Assembly: GCA_000004985.1 (NCBI GenBank)
Contig: GG738903.1
Reading direction: 5' to 3' (one strand)
Length of the DNA stretch: 64,000 bases
Origin: Naegleria gruberi
Lineage: Eukaryota
This document shows, one piece after another, positions 35,348 through 49,493 of the stretch. Both the position numbers and the translations under genes were made by a program. The notes below the pieces were generated by a model. The model made no database searches. It was not told the origin of the DNA and was given only the letters and a program-made list of their open reading frames with translations. Each line of letters begins with the position of its first letter. Within the stretch, counting starts at the first letter, position 1.

Positions 35348-35661
35348 TTGGTTAATAATTGGCTTGGCAATAGTTTCGTATTTTAGTGATGCATTGGAAC
35401 ATCTCGGATTTTCTTAATTAGCAACGGACTTGCAATAGATTCATCAAGAATAATTTGATGATTGTTTTTACTTATTTTCTTCTTCTTGTTTAAAGAGGTA
35501 GCATTTGAATGCCGCATCCTTAATAACGCGTTTTGTTTCTTTTTTAAAAATGGGGATGGAAAATCCGCCATTCCAATCCCAGATTCCTCCACCAACTGGA
35601 TCCACGAATTTAAGCGGTTTTTTGACTTTGAATCCAGCTAACAATCCGTCTGTAAAGTGTG

Positions 35662-35711
35662 NNNNNNNNNNNNNNNNNNNNNNNNNNNNNNNNNNNNNNN
35701 NNNNNNNNNNN
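35662..35711. other. assembly gap (50 N)
   Basis: Run of N read directly. Confidence 0.95.
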
Positions 35712-35956
35712 AATTGTGAGTTATTTAAATAGTAGATACTTTTTGTTACAAAATCTTAGAGAACATGACTGCTTAGCCCATACAATGATTGTTTTAACAC
35801 ATTCCACAGAGACAAGGTGAGAAGCAATTTGTGGATAAAGTTACAAATGCCTTTCTATTTGCATTCTTGGATAATCCAAAAGATCTTTCCAAAGATTTGA
35901 CACAAGTTGTGGAAGCAAAGATAAATAATTAAATGTTGGTTTAATGCAAAAGGAAT

Positions 35957-36029
35957 CGCCCACCGTGGGGGTCGAACCCACGACCACAAGGTTAAGAGCC
36001 TTGCGCTCTACCGACTGAGCTAGACGGGC
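35957..36029 (-). tRNA. tRNA-Lys (anticodon CUU)
   Basis: The minus-strand sequence GCCCGTCTAGCTCAGTCGGTAGAGCGCAAGGCTCTTAACCTTGTGGTCGTGGGTTCGACCCCCACGGTGGGCG is nearly identical to the vertebrate tRNA-Lys-CTT I recall. The hand-folded acceptor, D, anticodon (CTCTTAA loop) and T arms are all consistent. 73 nt, with a short T-run downstream. Confidence 0.9.
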
Positions 36030-36148
36030 TGTTATTGAGTCATTCCTTAATGACGTTAAATTGATTAACGACTTTTCCTTTGTGGCGATTTAATGCTTAG
36101 TTTACCAAAACAATACAAACTGAACTTTTTGACATTAGAATGTTAATT

Positions 36149-38392
36149 TTACATCAAAGATTTCATATCTACACTTTCTATCACAGATTGTAAACCCTCT
36201 AATTGGTTAGCAACACCTGTCAAGTAAGGTCTCATAGTATATTGTTCAGAATAAATCTTTTGCTTTGAAATATCTTGTAAATAATCACTCCAAGCATTAT
36301 CTGTTAAGAAATCCAACTTTTGTAAAAGTGTAGAAACAGCCTTTTCCAAATTATTCAAGTGAGTATCAAAGAGGAGGAAGCATCTCTCGCGCTCCTTCTT
36401 GATTTTATATTCCTTAGAGTGAATGTTTAGCAGAGAAGCTTTGGTTGAATTACTCTTCTTGTCCTTCTCTGCCAACTCTTCATTAAAGGCACAGAATGCA
36501 TAGACATAAGCTCCGTGAAGATAACGTTTTGCTTCCTTTACCTTCTTTAACATTTCATCAATCCAAAACAAGTGCTTATATGGTACATCAGTGTGCATGT
36601 AAATATCTGCTTTGAATTGTTGAATGTTATTCTTCATGTAGTGATTGAATTTTTCACGTTGTAACCACTGTTTGTGTTCATTCATTTTACCCTCATAGTA
36701 AATGTAGTGATGATAAAGATTCTTTTGGTGAATTTCATTTTTGGTTAAATTCATAGAATGCTCAACAACTCTTTCTTTACATGCTTCAAAATTGTGGGTG
36801 CTCCATTTTCCCTAACCAATGTTAAGATTTTCTATTTTTGAAATTACTTACAAAACATAACCAACAGAATTCATGTCTACACATCGAACAACTATTATTT
36901 TGTTAGGATATTTGAAAAATTATAAAACTTACGTCATGTGATTACAACCACCATTCTTTTCAATTGCCTTCTTGCAATTTGGACAGACTTTTGTGTTACC
37001 TTGAATAAATGCAATAGATGCACCTTCTGACATACCGCTCGATTTACCTTTGAAATCACTCACCTGTTGACAAGTGGAAGGGAAGTGAGGTTCCTTACCA
37101 CATTGGAAGCAAAACCTTTCTCCACAATAGCATTTCACATAGTGAATAGGTTCATCAATAGTTTTCTTAATAGCGCATTTACAACGATTTGATGGACATC
37201 TGGTAACCATAAAGTGATCACTCACATAGGTTTCAATTCTGTTCTCAATAAAACGTCTCTTGATTCTTTCATCATTTTTGAAGAATGAAAAGATAAAATC
37301 TTGGGTCAATGCAGCGTTACAATCCATACAATTGATACGTGTTTGTCCTAAACCTGAAGTTTCCTTAATCTTGACTTCTAAATATGATTTCCAGCAAGCA
37401 TTACAGAATGAATGACCACACATTGGACTCTCAGTCATTGGTACATCATCACAGAAACAAGCAGGACAAGTATTGTCATCATCGTTCGTTTGTTTTTCGC
37501 CTATTGGAATACCACATAATTTGAATACATAATTTTCACCCCTTTCCCAGTAATCGTGCGAAATATTTTCACTTCTCCATCTGTACTGTTTCAACATTGT
37601 AAGAACGATTTGATCTTTTTGAGCTCCTGACCATTGAATCAAATCCTTTGTATGTTGAACTTCTTCATCTTGCTCTCTGATAATATCCATTTCATCAATA
37701 AGAACCTTGTAGTCCTTCTTTTTCTTTTTGTATTGTTCCCACAAATATTCCAGAGTTTCTTCTTCCTTTTTCAAATCGAGGAAGAATTTTGGATCCATTG
37801 CTTTTCTTCTCAATTCTGATTGTAAAGTTTGATTGTGCAACTCTTCCTCTGAGTATTCATAGGCATCTGTCACATCAAGTACAATATGTTCATTATCGTC
37901 ATAGTCAAAGAGATTTTCATCATCTTCTGTTGGATCTCTATAAACTTCCTCTTCTTCCTCCTCTTCCTCTTGATATTCTTCATCATCAATTTCAATATCA
38001 CTTCCATAATCATCAATTTCGACATCTTCATCCTCGGCTATATCACTAGTTTCAACCATTGTTTCCTCCAGTTTAGTTTTCTCATCGACATCGACATTGG
38101 AATTGCCAACTACAGAAGATGAAGATTCTTCAATAATTTCCAACATTTCTTCATCATCATTATCCTTTTTACTATTATCATTGGAAATGTCAATAGTTGC
38201 TCCTTCTGATGTTTTTGGTGCCGATTCTTTTATTGCTTTTTCTTCCTCTTCTTCTTGCATCATGATCAAACGACTAATCGTAGCAGTTTCATCCTTTTCT
38301 TCTTGAAGATAAATCTTCAAAATTTCATCGGGAGTTCTCGATGGAAATAAAGAGTGAAGAGACAAGACTTGTCCTCTTACAATTTCTAACAT
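36149..38392 (-). CDS. Ariadne-type RBR (RING–IBR–RING) E3 ubiquitin ligase (three exons)
   Basis: CDS = complement(join(36149..36811,36852..36891,36933..38392)). Exon 1 carries the acidic N-terminus, RING1 and the IBR (CPACFCDD…CGHSFCNACW…; CPNCKKAIEKNGGCNHMT). A 41-nt intron is followed by a 40-nt exon encoding CSMCRHEFCWLCF (the remainder of the Rcat/RING2). A 40-nt intron then leads to the Ariadne C-terminal domain (GKWSTHNFEACKERVVEHSMNLTKNEIHQKNLYHHYIYY…). All joints are in frame. Confidence 0.8.
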
Positions 38393-38915
38393 GATTATCT
38401 AAAACAAATGTACAATGCCGATTAAACTTACCCTTCTCCTCTTTTGACCATGAATCAAACTTGCTCTTTGGAGGTTGTTTCTTATTGTTACTTTGTCGTG
38501 ATAACATTTTTTACTGGTTTGGATGTTTTAATAATAGATCATCATCATAATTTTCCACAAGTGTTGTTCATCCTATTTCAAAGTGGAGCTTGAATTTTCT
38601 GAAGATTTAGACAAGGTAAAACTGTTATCATCAGCATTATAATACTCTAGTATTTAATCATGTTTGCTTTCAGCAATTTCCATTGTAAATATAATATTCC
38701 AATCAAATGAATTAAAGCCTTCCGCAACAATGATACTTGAACAAATAAACAAGGAATAAGCCAAATTTTTGCTTTTTATTTTTTACGTAATTCAAAAAAA
38801 TTTTAAACCCTCTCCACCGCGTTTGCTGCCTTGTTGAAGTTTTACACCAACAACATCAAAACATCATCATCTTCATCATCAAGCAAGTTTGGAGAGTATA
38901 GAATTGATTTGGAAA

Positions 38916-41900
38916 ATGATTGCCTTTGGACCTGATAACGAAAATTCTTTTCATACACTCTACGAACGAGTTTCAAGCCTAAGTTTAATTAAAGAAAACA
39001 AGGATAGTACAACAAAATTCTTTCAACTCCTTGCTAATTTCAAATCAAGTTTTCAATTCAAGTTTCCAGTATGTACAACAACAATAATTGTTAAATTAAT
39101 TTAATTGAATAGGAAAAATCATCAGATGCCAGAAACAAAATTCAAACTAATAATGTAGATATTAAAGGAGTGCCTTCAACATTACCGGATTCACTTAAGG
39201 AATTGGTTCTCCAAGTGTCCGATGCTCTTAATCTTAACGAGTTGGTTGCTCTCAGCTTGATTTTTACAGCAACAAAAAGTAATCCAGTAAGTACTTGTAC
39301 ATATTACACAAATTTACTATTGAATTAGCCACAAGTTTATGGAGTACATGAATATCAATTATCTATCAAACTTTTTTACGAGGACTATTTAAAATTGTTA
39401 TCATCAGTATTGATTTTATTCCAATCTAGATTTAATGAAGATTTACATCCTAATACCAGAGATGTTGTTGTTAAATTTACTAATGAATTGTTGAGTGATA
39501 ATATTATTTCATCAATTTGTGAACAAATAACATCCACATCAAAACAAATTAACGAAGCTCAAAATTTAATTACTACATTGGAACAACAAGGTAATCAAGA
39601 TTCCGTAAAAGTATATCAATCAAGTGAACAAATCAAGTACAAAGTCGAAATAAGAAGAGGCTTTGCTGAATGTTTGTTCTTTGCTTGTTCAAATATACAA
39701 TGTGATGACGATACATTCTTCAAAGTATTTAACACATTCATTGGATTACAAAATTTGTTTAATCAATGTGTAGCTAACAGAATTGGAGAAAGACAAGAGG
39801 AGTTCTCATATAGCTTCCCATCTATTTTTGAATATCTTCCAATAGGTACAAAGAGTATCTTTAGCATATTGTACTTATTAACAACAACAATTCTTTCTTT
39901 ATTGGATCCAACAATCGGAAAGATTAGAATTGATCCTAAGGGTGTTACACAAAGTCCAAACAACAGCTTATACAAACAACAATTCATAGAGAAATTCGAC
40001 AAAATTTTGGACAATTTAATGCCTGATGATCATGATGATTTGAGCTATTTAATAGATAGAACTCAATTTGAAGCCATGACTGCTTTACAGTGGTGTGTTG
40101 GTTTAAGAGTTCAAAATAATATCAAACCAAATCTTGAATTATTAACAAGAAGTGATAATGCTTTCTCTAAGAGTTTATCGCGAGGAGTTTTTGCATTCAT
40201 CACAACTGGACTTTTGAATAACAAGGTTTACAGAAGTGAAAGTGAAAATGTCAAAGAATTTATTGTCAACATACTAGGTGACTTGATATCCAGTTTTATT
40301 GTAAATTTGGAAGATAGTATTAATGATTCATTGGTTGATCAAATTGAAGAATTGAGAAGTTATTTAACAAGAAGAGATGACAATCAAGCATCTGAAGAAG
40401 ATGAGCAAAATATTCCAAGAGAATTTAATGATATTTTACTGTTATTGGCTGAATTATATCGTGGATTCCCAAGTTATACTCACAAATACTTTGATAGAGA
40501 TGCTAATCCAAAATTGAACGATTTTTTGAGAAAGACATGCTGTGAACAAATTACTTCCCTTTGCAAATTTCAAGTAGAACTTGACGTAACATTCATTTAT
40601 TATTTGGGAGTACTTTGTTCATTCAGTGGAGATTCTGTGGGAGCAACGAATGTTTTTGCTCTTTTGAATGACTCTACTTATCCACTTTTTAGCTGGGAAT
40701 ATTTCTTTAAAGTATTACTTGAAGAATTCCGTTCACAATGTTCAAGTAATGATGATTTTGTTTTTGAGAAGAGAACTCTTGATGCAATTTCGATTGTTCT
40801 TAAGCTTGTAGAAGTTGTATGTAGAAACTCTGAACAGAGCAGAGTTGCAATTTTGGACAATACAAACTGGCGTGTGTTAGGTTTGCTTTTTGAAATGATG
40901 TATGCACCAAAAATTACACCATGTTTGATGGGTCAAGTTTTCTCCACCTTGTCATCATTCTTGAAACCATCCCAAGGTGAACCAAGCAACATTGCTTTTG
41001 CTATTATTTCACAAATGGGTAGAATTCTCCATTATGAAATTAGAGATCAAAAATACGAAGTCTCAAGCAAGGGAGGTATTAAGTATCAATTGAATTTTAG
41101 AGAAGCTCAAGAAGGAGAATACTATGAAACTTTAGGATTCTTAGAACTTATTGACGCTCTTATTTCTAGCACTGGAATGGCTATTGTTGGGTTCACACCC
41201 TTCCTCAAGTTTATCCAAGAAGATGTTTTTAATAATTTCTCAAAAAGATATTATAAGGACCAAAGTGATAAGTGGCTGATTGCAAAGTCTTGTCTACAAA
41301 TATTTACAAAACTTCTTTCCAGATACACCCCATCTACTTCTGATTTTGAGGAAGTTAAATCATCCGAAGACGAAACACCAAAAGTCAATGACCCTCCAGC
41401 TGGATTCCAACTTATGAGAGATATGCTTAGTGATACTATTTTCAGAAAAGAATTATTTAAAATTGTTATAGGAGAAGATTTTAATCTTGAAGAAGAAAGA
41501 TATAACAATAGAGAAGGAGAAGCTTTGGAAAGATCAGTTATTTATGCTTTGGAAATCATTGAAACTACCTTACTCAAAGAAGATGATTTCATTAAATGTT
41601 CTACAAGCAAGCTTCATTTGGTTCCATTAGTGATCAAACGTTTAGAGTACCAATTACCTAATTCATTAATAATTAGATTGATTGATCTTATTGATTATTC
41701 ACATAACAATGAAATCAGATATAGAGTTGTTAATATCCTTTGTTTGATTAGCAAGAATGCTACTAAGTTGGTAAGCTTGTTCAAGGACAAGCGTAAGGAA
41801 AAGACCGTGGTTAAGCTTTTCGTCAAGTATCTCCATGCTGTAACAACTGAAACAAACAGAGAATGCTCTGATGTTGAAGAAATTCCTGTAACAGAAGAGC

Positions 41901-44671
41901 AAAGAGATAATGAAACTAGATTAAGAATGTTAGACCTTTTGAAGGCTAATCTTGATGCTCCTGGAGAAAACTTGAGCCATTTATTATGTGGATTTGATGT
42001 TTCTAATGACGAACCAAGAGAAATCGACATTTTCAATGAAAAGACTTGTCTCACAGTAATTCTTAACTTGTTGAAATCTAAACAATTACCAATTACTCAT
42101 CCAAGATTTATTGAATCATGTTATGAACTTATTTACAAGTTGTGTGCTGATAGAAGAGTTAGTCAACAAACATTTGCTTGCCTTGAAAAGGCCAACTTTT
42201 TGATTGATAAGTTGAAGAATGCTAACTTCTCCACAAAGATTGAACCGTCACCTCTTGCCCATCATATTCTCAACCAAAGAGGTTTTGTTATTAGAATTGT
42301 TGCTCTCAAATTATACTCTAACACAAAGGCATTCAAGAAGGGTGATAGTAACAGAGGAGGTGTTCAAGAATTGGTACACATTCTTTTTGGTGGTGACTCA
42401 CTTTCTGATTTCAGTCGTTCTTACGATTTACTTGAGCAAAGAAGAGCCCTCATGCTCGAAATTTTGGACACTATCGACTTGAACTTGGCTCAAAATGCTC
42501 CTGCACAAGATTCAAAGGAGTGGAAACTTTTCTTGAAGAATTGGGCATCAACTTCTAACTCATTCGATGGATGGAAACAAGTAGTAGAAATTACTTTGTC
42601 CCAATGTTTTGGTATGATTCCGGATGATGGAATGAGACTGAGAATATTGCACGATATTATTAGTTCATTGCTTTTCAAACTTTTCCAAATGAAGAGAATT
42701 AACAAAGGTAAACAACAACAAAAATTGGAACTTTTGGTTTCTCAAGTAATTTTGAGAGTCATGTCCAAGTTAAGAGAGGAATTCATTACTAGTGGTGAAG
42801 TCATCATGCTTCCAGTTGATCAATGCCTCACAATTTTCAGAAATTTACTTGAATGCATTTTACTTTCTGAACAAAGTGAACAATCCATAAGAGGTAATCT
42901 TTACTCTACACTTATCAACTATTTGCAATACACCAAGAGAAACGAGCTTAACTATGGAAGTGATCAAATAATGAATCTTCAAAAGAATACTGAACACATT
43001 ATTGACAAGTATGACTTGAGAGTTTTCGCCCTTGTAGCTAAGGATGCATTGGATGCTAAGAACATTTGGAAGGCTGTTTCTTACTCCCTTTTGGAAACTT
43101 TCTTCACATACACCACTAACATTGCCCAAAGAGGTAAATGGATCACTTACTTTGAGTCAAGTGGATGTTTGAAACAAATTTTGGATAGTGTTATGACAGA
43201 AGCCAAACATTCCTTGCCTAAGGTGTTACAACCAACCCTTCACGATACTGATGCCTCTTCTTTAAACAGACTTTTCATTTATGAAAATGCTATGTCATTC
43301 CTTCTCAAGTTTACTGATGTTGATGTTAAGAGTGCTGAAATTATGATGAGCTTTGAAGTTATTACCAAGATTTGCTCGCATTTCACCTTTATCGATTTGA
43401 GACCTTCAATTGTTTCTCATCAATATGGCAGAAAGATGGATATGGAAGATGATATGGAAGCTGACTGGGAGCCTTCTATCACTGAAAAATATAATCAACT
43501 TGTTATTCCTGCAATTAAGCTCATTGTCGCCATTCAATCACATATGAGAATTAATAAGAAGGTTGCTGAACAAGTCTTGTCATTTGTTGAGCTACACAGA
43601 AAGTCAATTTCTGCAATTCTTAAGATGGAAAATATTCAAAAGAATTTGATTAATATTGATTCGGGTTCTTTGGAATTGGTTCGTTTGGTTACAGAGATGA
43701 TGTATCTTTTGTCTCTTCATCAAGACGTTATGTCTTCTAAATTACATACTAATAAGTATGAAAAGTTAATGTTGAACGCGTTGGTTAAACTGAATACTAT
43801 TCAACAATTGGGATCTACGAAGAAGACTATCAATATTCTTGATGCCAACATGGCTGATGAAAATGGTATCAGAACTGGAGAGCTGCAATTCGAGTATAGT
43901 TTGGAACAAAAGAGATGTTGTATTGACGAAATTTGTAAAACAATAATCAATTTCTGTAGAGTAGTATGTCAATACCCAGAATTCTTAACTAGTGGATCAA
44001 GTTTGGAACTGATAGGAAAAGTTCTATTTACCCATTTTATTTCTGGACCAAATTCAGCTTCAGGTAAACAAATGGCCTTGGATGAAGATATTATTCCAAA
44101 GCCATTCGAGCTTGACCAAAGACCATCTATTCATGTACTTGGTTTGTTGTTGCAAAATGGATACCATAGATTGAACAATGCTCTCGAGGAAAGATTTACT
44201 TGTGAATCCAACTTGCAACAATTGGATCAATTGAAGATTGAACAATTGAATAATATTGTTCGTTCAGCAAACACAATTTTAGGAGAAGAACATTTCTTAA
44301 GCTTCTTTGAAAAACAAGACAGTGTTCCAAATGAAGCCAAGTTGCTTTGCCGAACAATTCTTTCCAGAAAATTACTTAAACTTGATATCCACCTCAACAC
44401 TCACATCAGTTTGTTAGAAAATACTTTGATTGTTTTATTCAGACACATCAGTTTCTATGTACAAAATAGAGAATCTCCATTATCTGCTGAGCAAAGAACA
44501 CAACTCTTACAAGAAGCAACAACTGGAACACTCAACAAGTTGTTGGATGAAATTCTCCAAATGCAAATTCCAAAATCTTTACTTCAAAGATATTCCACAG
44601 TTGACAATATTTTCCATTTGACTATTGCTCAACGTCTTAAAAACCTAATTTTCCAAGTTAACATTGAATAA
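38916..44671 (+). CDS. NUP205: nucleoporin Nup205/Nup192 homologue (three exons)
   Basis: CDS = join(38916..39068,39113..39286,39329..44671), with introns of 44 and 42 nt (GTATGT…TAG; GTAAGT…TAG). The spliced N-terminus …VDIKGVPSTLPDSLKELVLQVSDALNLNELVALSLIFTA… aligns with human NUP205 as I recall it (…RLLPEQLIKEAFILSDLFDIGELAAVELLLAG…). Internal matches are FTPFLKFIQEDVFNNFSKRYYKDQSDKWLIAKSCLQIFTKLL against FDPYLQFLRDSVFLRFRTRAYRRAAEKWEVAEVVLEVFYKLL, and YELIYKLCADRRV against CYQVIYQLCACSD. Confidence 0.75.
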
Positions 44672-44805
44672 ATTATTGAATTGAAATCTTTATTATGAAA
44701 CTTGATGTTGGTTGGACAGATGAACTTGAACGTTGGTACTGTAATTGTATTACAGAAACACGAAAGGCCCATTTATTTTTTGGCTTTTCTCACACAGAAA
44801 AAACA

Positions 44806-47800
44806 ATGAAAAAGGTATTTGGTAGTTACCATTGCCAACTTTTAGTTTTGTTGGCTTTTTGCATGTGTTTTGTGCAATCAACAAATATTTATCAATCATC
44901 TTCATCAAATTCCTCTATTTATTATAATAATTTGGCCACCTATAGTGTTCAAACAATTATTGGATATCCGAGGCCATTGCAAAATTACTTTCCGAGTGGT
45001 TTGCCAGCCACTTACTATTGGGGATTATCAATACAGGCAATTGTATTGCCACGAAATGGTGATGGAAGTTTACATGGTGATGAAATTATTTACATCTCCT
45101 CCATGGAAATAATTTACAAATATTCAAAACAAGATGGACTATTGAGAAAGTTATCATTTAGTGGTGAGAAATGGTATGATATTTCATCATTCTTTGTTTT
45201 GAAAACTCAGGAAGGAGGAACTTTAATATATGTTACTTCCAATAGACTCGAGTCGACTGTTTATTCGGCAAGTGAAGAAAGTGGAACTGTTCAGAGGATT
45301 GCAGGTTCTTTGAGTTCATCGGGATATAATGGTACGTAATGGAGTAAATTGATTTTGTAATATGAGAATGTACATTGTAAAGGTGATGGAAAACCAGCTA
45401 TCGATTCCTTACTGAGCCAACCTCAATCTGTATTTGTTAAGGATGGTGAGGTTTATATTTGTGATACAAATAATCATCTGATTCGACGTATTGATAGGAA
45501 TGGAATTTTATGGAATGTTTTTCGTAAGTGTGTGTTAATTTTCAATTTATTTAAAACATTTAATATTTCTAAAAACAGAAAAAGGGTTTGTAAGGGAACC
45601 ACAACAACTAATTTTTGCAGGGAATGATATGGTAGTAAACACAGGCAATTTGATTCTTAGAATATTTCCCAATCAAACATATGAAACTCATTATGCTTTC
45701 TATTCATTTTCTAAAGCTGCTGTTTTTGAAAATGATATCTACTATATCAATTATGGTAGTATCCAGAAGGCAATTGGTTCATATTCCTCTGAGACTGTGT
45801 TAGTGTTTGAAAAATCTGCCAAAATTCCTAGAATTCTAACAATCAACAATGAGGGAAATTATTTAGTTTCAGTTGGAAACGTTTTAAAAGAATTTCAGAG
45901 ATATAATGATAGTATTGGAAGAGTTGTGATTGGAACATCGGATTCTAATCTTCAATACTATACATTACCAGCAAATATCTCAGATATTCAAAACGTTGAA
46001 TCGATGACACTTTGTGAAGAGGACAATTCCATTATTTTCACTCAACATTCGTCTTCTGTTATAAGACATTATGTTCCAAACAAACCATTCATGGATGTTG
46101 TTGGAATGAATGTGGATAAGATATCTTTTATTTCAAAGTATGGGAATGATATGTATGCAATTGTGAATAATAATATTTACTTGAGGAATAACCAAGGAAA
46201 TTTCACTCAATTATCAGGATTGCTATCACCAGTCAATGTACCTGATAATATTAAGGCAACATTATCAACCTTAAACAATCCTAGAGGAATATTTCTTAAA
46301 AACCAAAAACTGTACATTTCTGATTCGAATAATCATAGAATACGAGTAATTGATATACAAACTGGACTTATTTCTACATTGGCAGGAAATGGAATTGCAA
46401 ATTTTAGTGGTGATGGGCTAGCCGCAACAGAAGCATCCCTAAACTCTCCATCTGGTGTATTTGTTTCAGAGTTTGGAAAAATTTATATATCTGACTCTGG
46501 TAATCATAGAATTAGAGCTATTCTTCCAAATGGCATTATTTCAACTGTTGGAGGTAATGGTATTCCTGGATTTTCGGGTGATAATGGTTTGGCTACTAAT
46601 GCAAGTCTTAACAACCCCTATGGCATAGTTGAAACATATAGTGGTGACTTGATTATTTCTGATTCTGATAACAATAGAATTAGACTAATCGATAGATATG
46701 GAATTATCACAACTCTAGCTGGAACAGGAGAGAAAGGATTCCAGGATGGATTCTTTCTCGACGCGTTATTTAACAATCCATCTCAATTATTTTACTTCCA
46801 TTCCCGCTTGTACATTTCAGATACATATGGCCAAAGGATTCGTGAAGCAAATCTTGAATCAAAAACCGTAAAAACAATTATTGGAACAGGAGAGAAGGGA
46901 TACAATGGAGATAATTTCCCAACCACCACTCAGCTCAATAACCCTCTATCAATGTTTATTACATATAATAATATTATTTACATTGCAGATACTGACAACA
47001 AGAAAATAAGAATGTTGAATACGGGTATTGTATCAACACTAGAGCTTACTTTTGAATCTCCAAAGGGAATAACTGGAGATGATAAATTTCTCTATATCAC
47101 CGATGGGAATTTAGTTAAGAAAATTGATATTGCCAATGGTTATAGAGTTGAAATTATTGGAGGTGGAATTGGTGATGGTTGGTACTTGAAGTATGCAATT
47201 CTTAATGCTGAAAACCTTGCTTTTGATGATGAGAAGAATGTTTATTTTACAGATTCTTCTCATAATGTTGTAAGAAAGTTCAATACAATGAATGGAATAG
47301 TGAGTACAGTAGCAGGAAGGACTAGTACATTGGGATATGAAGGTAAGTTTCAATTACTACTAATATCTCATTAAAAAAACAACAGGTGATGGTGGATTGG
47401 CTGTTGGGGCTCTCTTAAATTTTCCAAAAGGTATTGCAGTTTCCAAGTCGAGTTTAGGATTCTTTCTCTATATTTGTGACTTTGAAAATCAACGCATTCG
47501 AAGAGTTAATTTGGAAACTGGAATAATAACAACAGTAGTAGGTACAGGTCAAAAAGGATATAGTGGTGATGGAGGGTTAGCAATTTATGCCAAGATTACT
47601 AATCCAACACATATAGCTGTCAACAAGGAAGGAGAAGTTTTCTTCTCAGATTACAATTATGTAAGGAAAATAACAAGAAATGGATATGTTTATAGAATAT
47701 CTGGTGCTCAAGGAGGAACTGATTTTAATGGAGATTCATATCCTGCTTTGGAAACAGGTTTCAGTATTACAAGTAAGTATTTTATCTCCGTTTTGAAATT

Positions 47801-49429
47801 CATATTTCAATTCAGAAACTTTAATGGTAGATAATACTGGAAGTATTGTTGTTTTCGATTATAACAATCAAATTATTAGAAAGTTAATTCCTCACTGTGA
47901 AACTGGCTATAGTTTGGAACCTGAAACTAATTCTACATGCATTCCAAATTGTTTTGGAATTTATGGAAAAACAATTAATGCTTGTTCTTCACATGGATTT
48001 TGTAAAAGTTTAGATCAATGTGAATGTTATTCTGGTTATTCTGGATCAAATTGCTCAGAATCAATATGCTTTGGTAAGACGGGATCTGGAGCATGTAATG
48101 GCAAAGGAATTTGTGTTTCACCAAATGTTTGTCAGTGCTTGGATGATTATTCAGGTATTGATTGTTCGATACCTAAAACAGTTTTAATTTTAGTTGGAAG
48201 TTTGATTGCTTGTGGCTTGGTTATTGTAATAGTTTTTGTAATTTCTGTTTCAATGGTCTTTGTCTATATTCAAAATCAAAGAAAGAAGAGAGCAATCCTC
48301 ATGACTGACAAATTATTAGACAAGAGATTGCTTATGGATGATTTTGCATCCTATAATTCTTCAATGGGGATCAGTAATAGTGAACTCAATGAAGCAGATT
48401 TTGTTATTCCACTGGAACAGTTGGATATGGATCATCCAATCAAGAGGATTGGTGAAGGTTCTTTTGGAAGAGTATTTTCTACAAAATGGGGAAACCAATT
48501 AGTTGCCGTTAAGGTTGTGGACATGAATGATTTTGACATGTCGGAGGAAACTTTCAAACAAGAATTTCAAATCTTGTCACGTTTAAGACATCCAAAAATT
48601 GTCTCCTTCTATGGCATTTCATTTTCTCCAACGAAGAGATATATTGTTATGGAGCTTTGTGAACACAGCTTGGAACATGTCATTAGTCAATTGCAGAATC
48701 AAGTTATTCAAATGGATTTACAGGAAAAGATTGATATTCTAATAGATATTATTGAGGGAGTGAATTATTTACATACCTTGACTCCAAAATGCCTTCATAG
48801 AGATTTGAAACCCCTCAATATTCTTGTGAGCTTTCAGAAAGAATACAAATTATGCGATTTTGGTGTTGGAAAGATTTTAAACTCAAAAACTGTCAATTCT
48901 TTGACCAACAATGGTAAGTTTCAATGAAATTGTTCTCAATATTTAATTATATTCACAAAACACAATAGTGGGGACGTGTTACTATATGGCTCCAGAAACT
49001 ACAGGATGTGAAAGTTTACAAGAATCTGAATCAGTTTGTGCTACTTCAATAGATATTTACAGTCTGGCCATTATTTTCTACCAATTATTATTTGAAGTGA
49101 AAGAGCCCTATATTTCATGTCATGATAGAGTTTTGAAAAAGTTGAAAATGAATGAACCACTACAATTGACTAACATGTACCATTTGCATAGATTAGTGAT
49201 TGAGAAAAACCTCAGACCTATCATTCCATTTTCTTCTGCAAAGGAATGTCAACAATGGTGTCAGGAATATCTATCACCAACAGATGCCAAATATCATAGC
49301 ATTTTCTATGAGATTTGTCAATTAACTAAACTATGTTGGGATAAACAACCAAAAACGAGACCAAGTGCAAAAACTATTTTAGAACGACTCCATGGTTGGA
49401 AGAAAGAAATTGAAACAAAGTATTACTAA
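44806..49429 (+). CDS. receptor Ser/Thr/Tyr-type kinase: signal peptide–NHL repeats–EGF-like module–TM–active kinase (six exons)
   Basis: CDS = join(44806..45331,45383..45523,45579..47342,47386..47772,47816..48913,48969..49429), with introns of 51, 55, 43, 43 and 55 nt, all GTA(A/C)GT…AG and phase 1. It re-joins track ORFs 44695, 45629, 47397, 47824 and 48968. NHL repeats look like ISDSNNHRIRVID. EGF-like cysteines CxCxxGYSGSNC are present. The TM is LILVGSLIACGLVIVIVFVI. The kinase has IGEGSFGRV, VAVK, HRDLKPLNILV, DFG and GTCYYMAPE, the last spanning the final intron. The acceptor of intron 4 has an alternative in-frame site 15 nt downstream. Confidence 0.7.
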
Positions 49430-49493
49430 GTATTTAGTTAATTAGTAATTTAATAAACTTCAGTTGAATTATTCAGTTGTTTCTTTCGAATAA

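Noticed and set aside
44695-44805. Track ORF start at 44695 for the NHL-kinase gene
   Set aside because: It begins 22 bp after the Nup205 stop. A signal peptide starts at the Met at 44806 (MKKVFGSYHCQLLVLLAFCMCFVQS).
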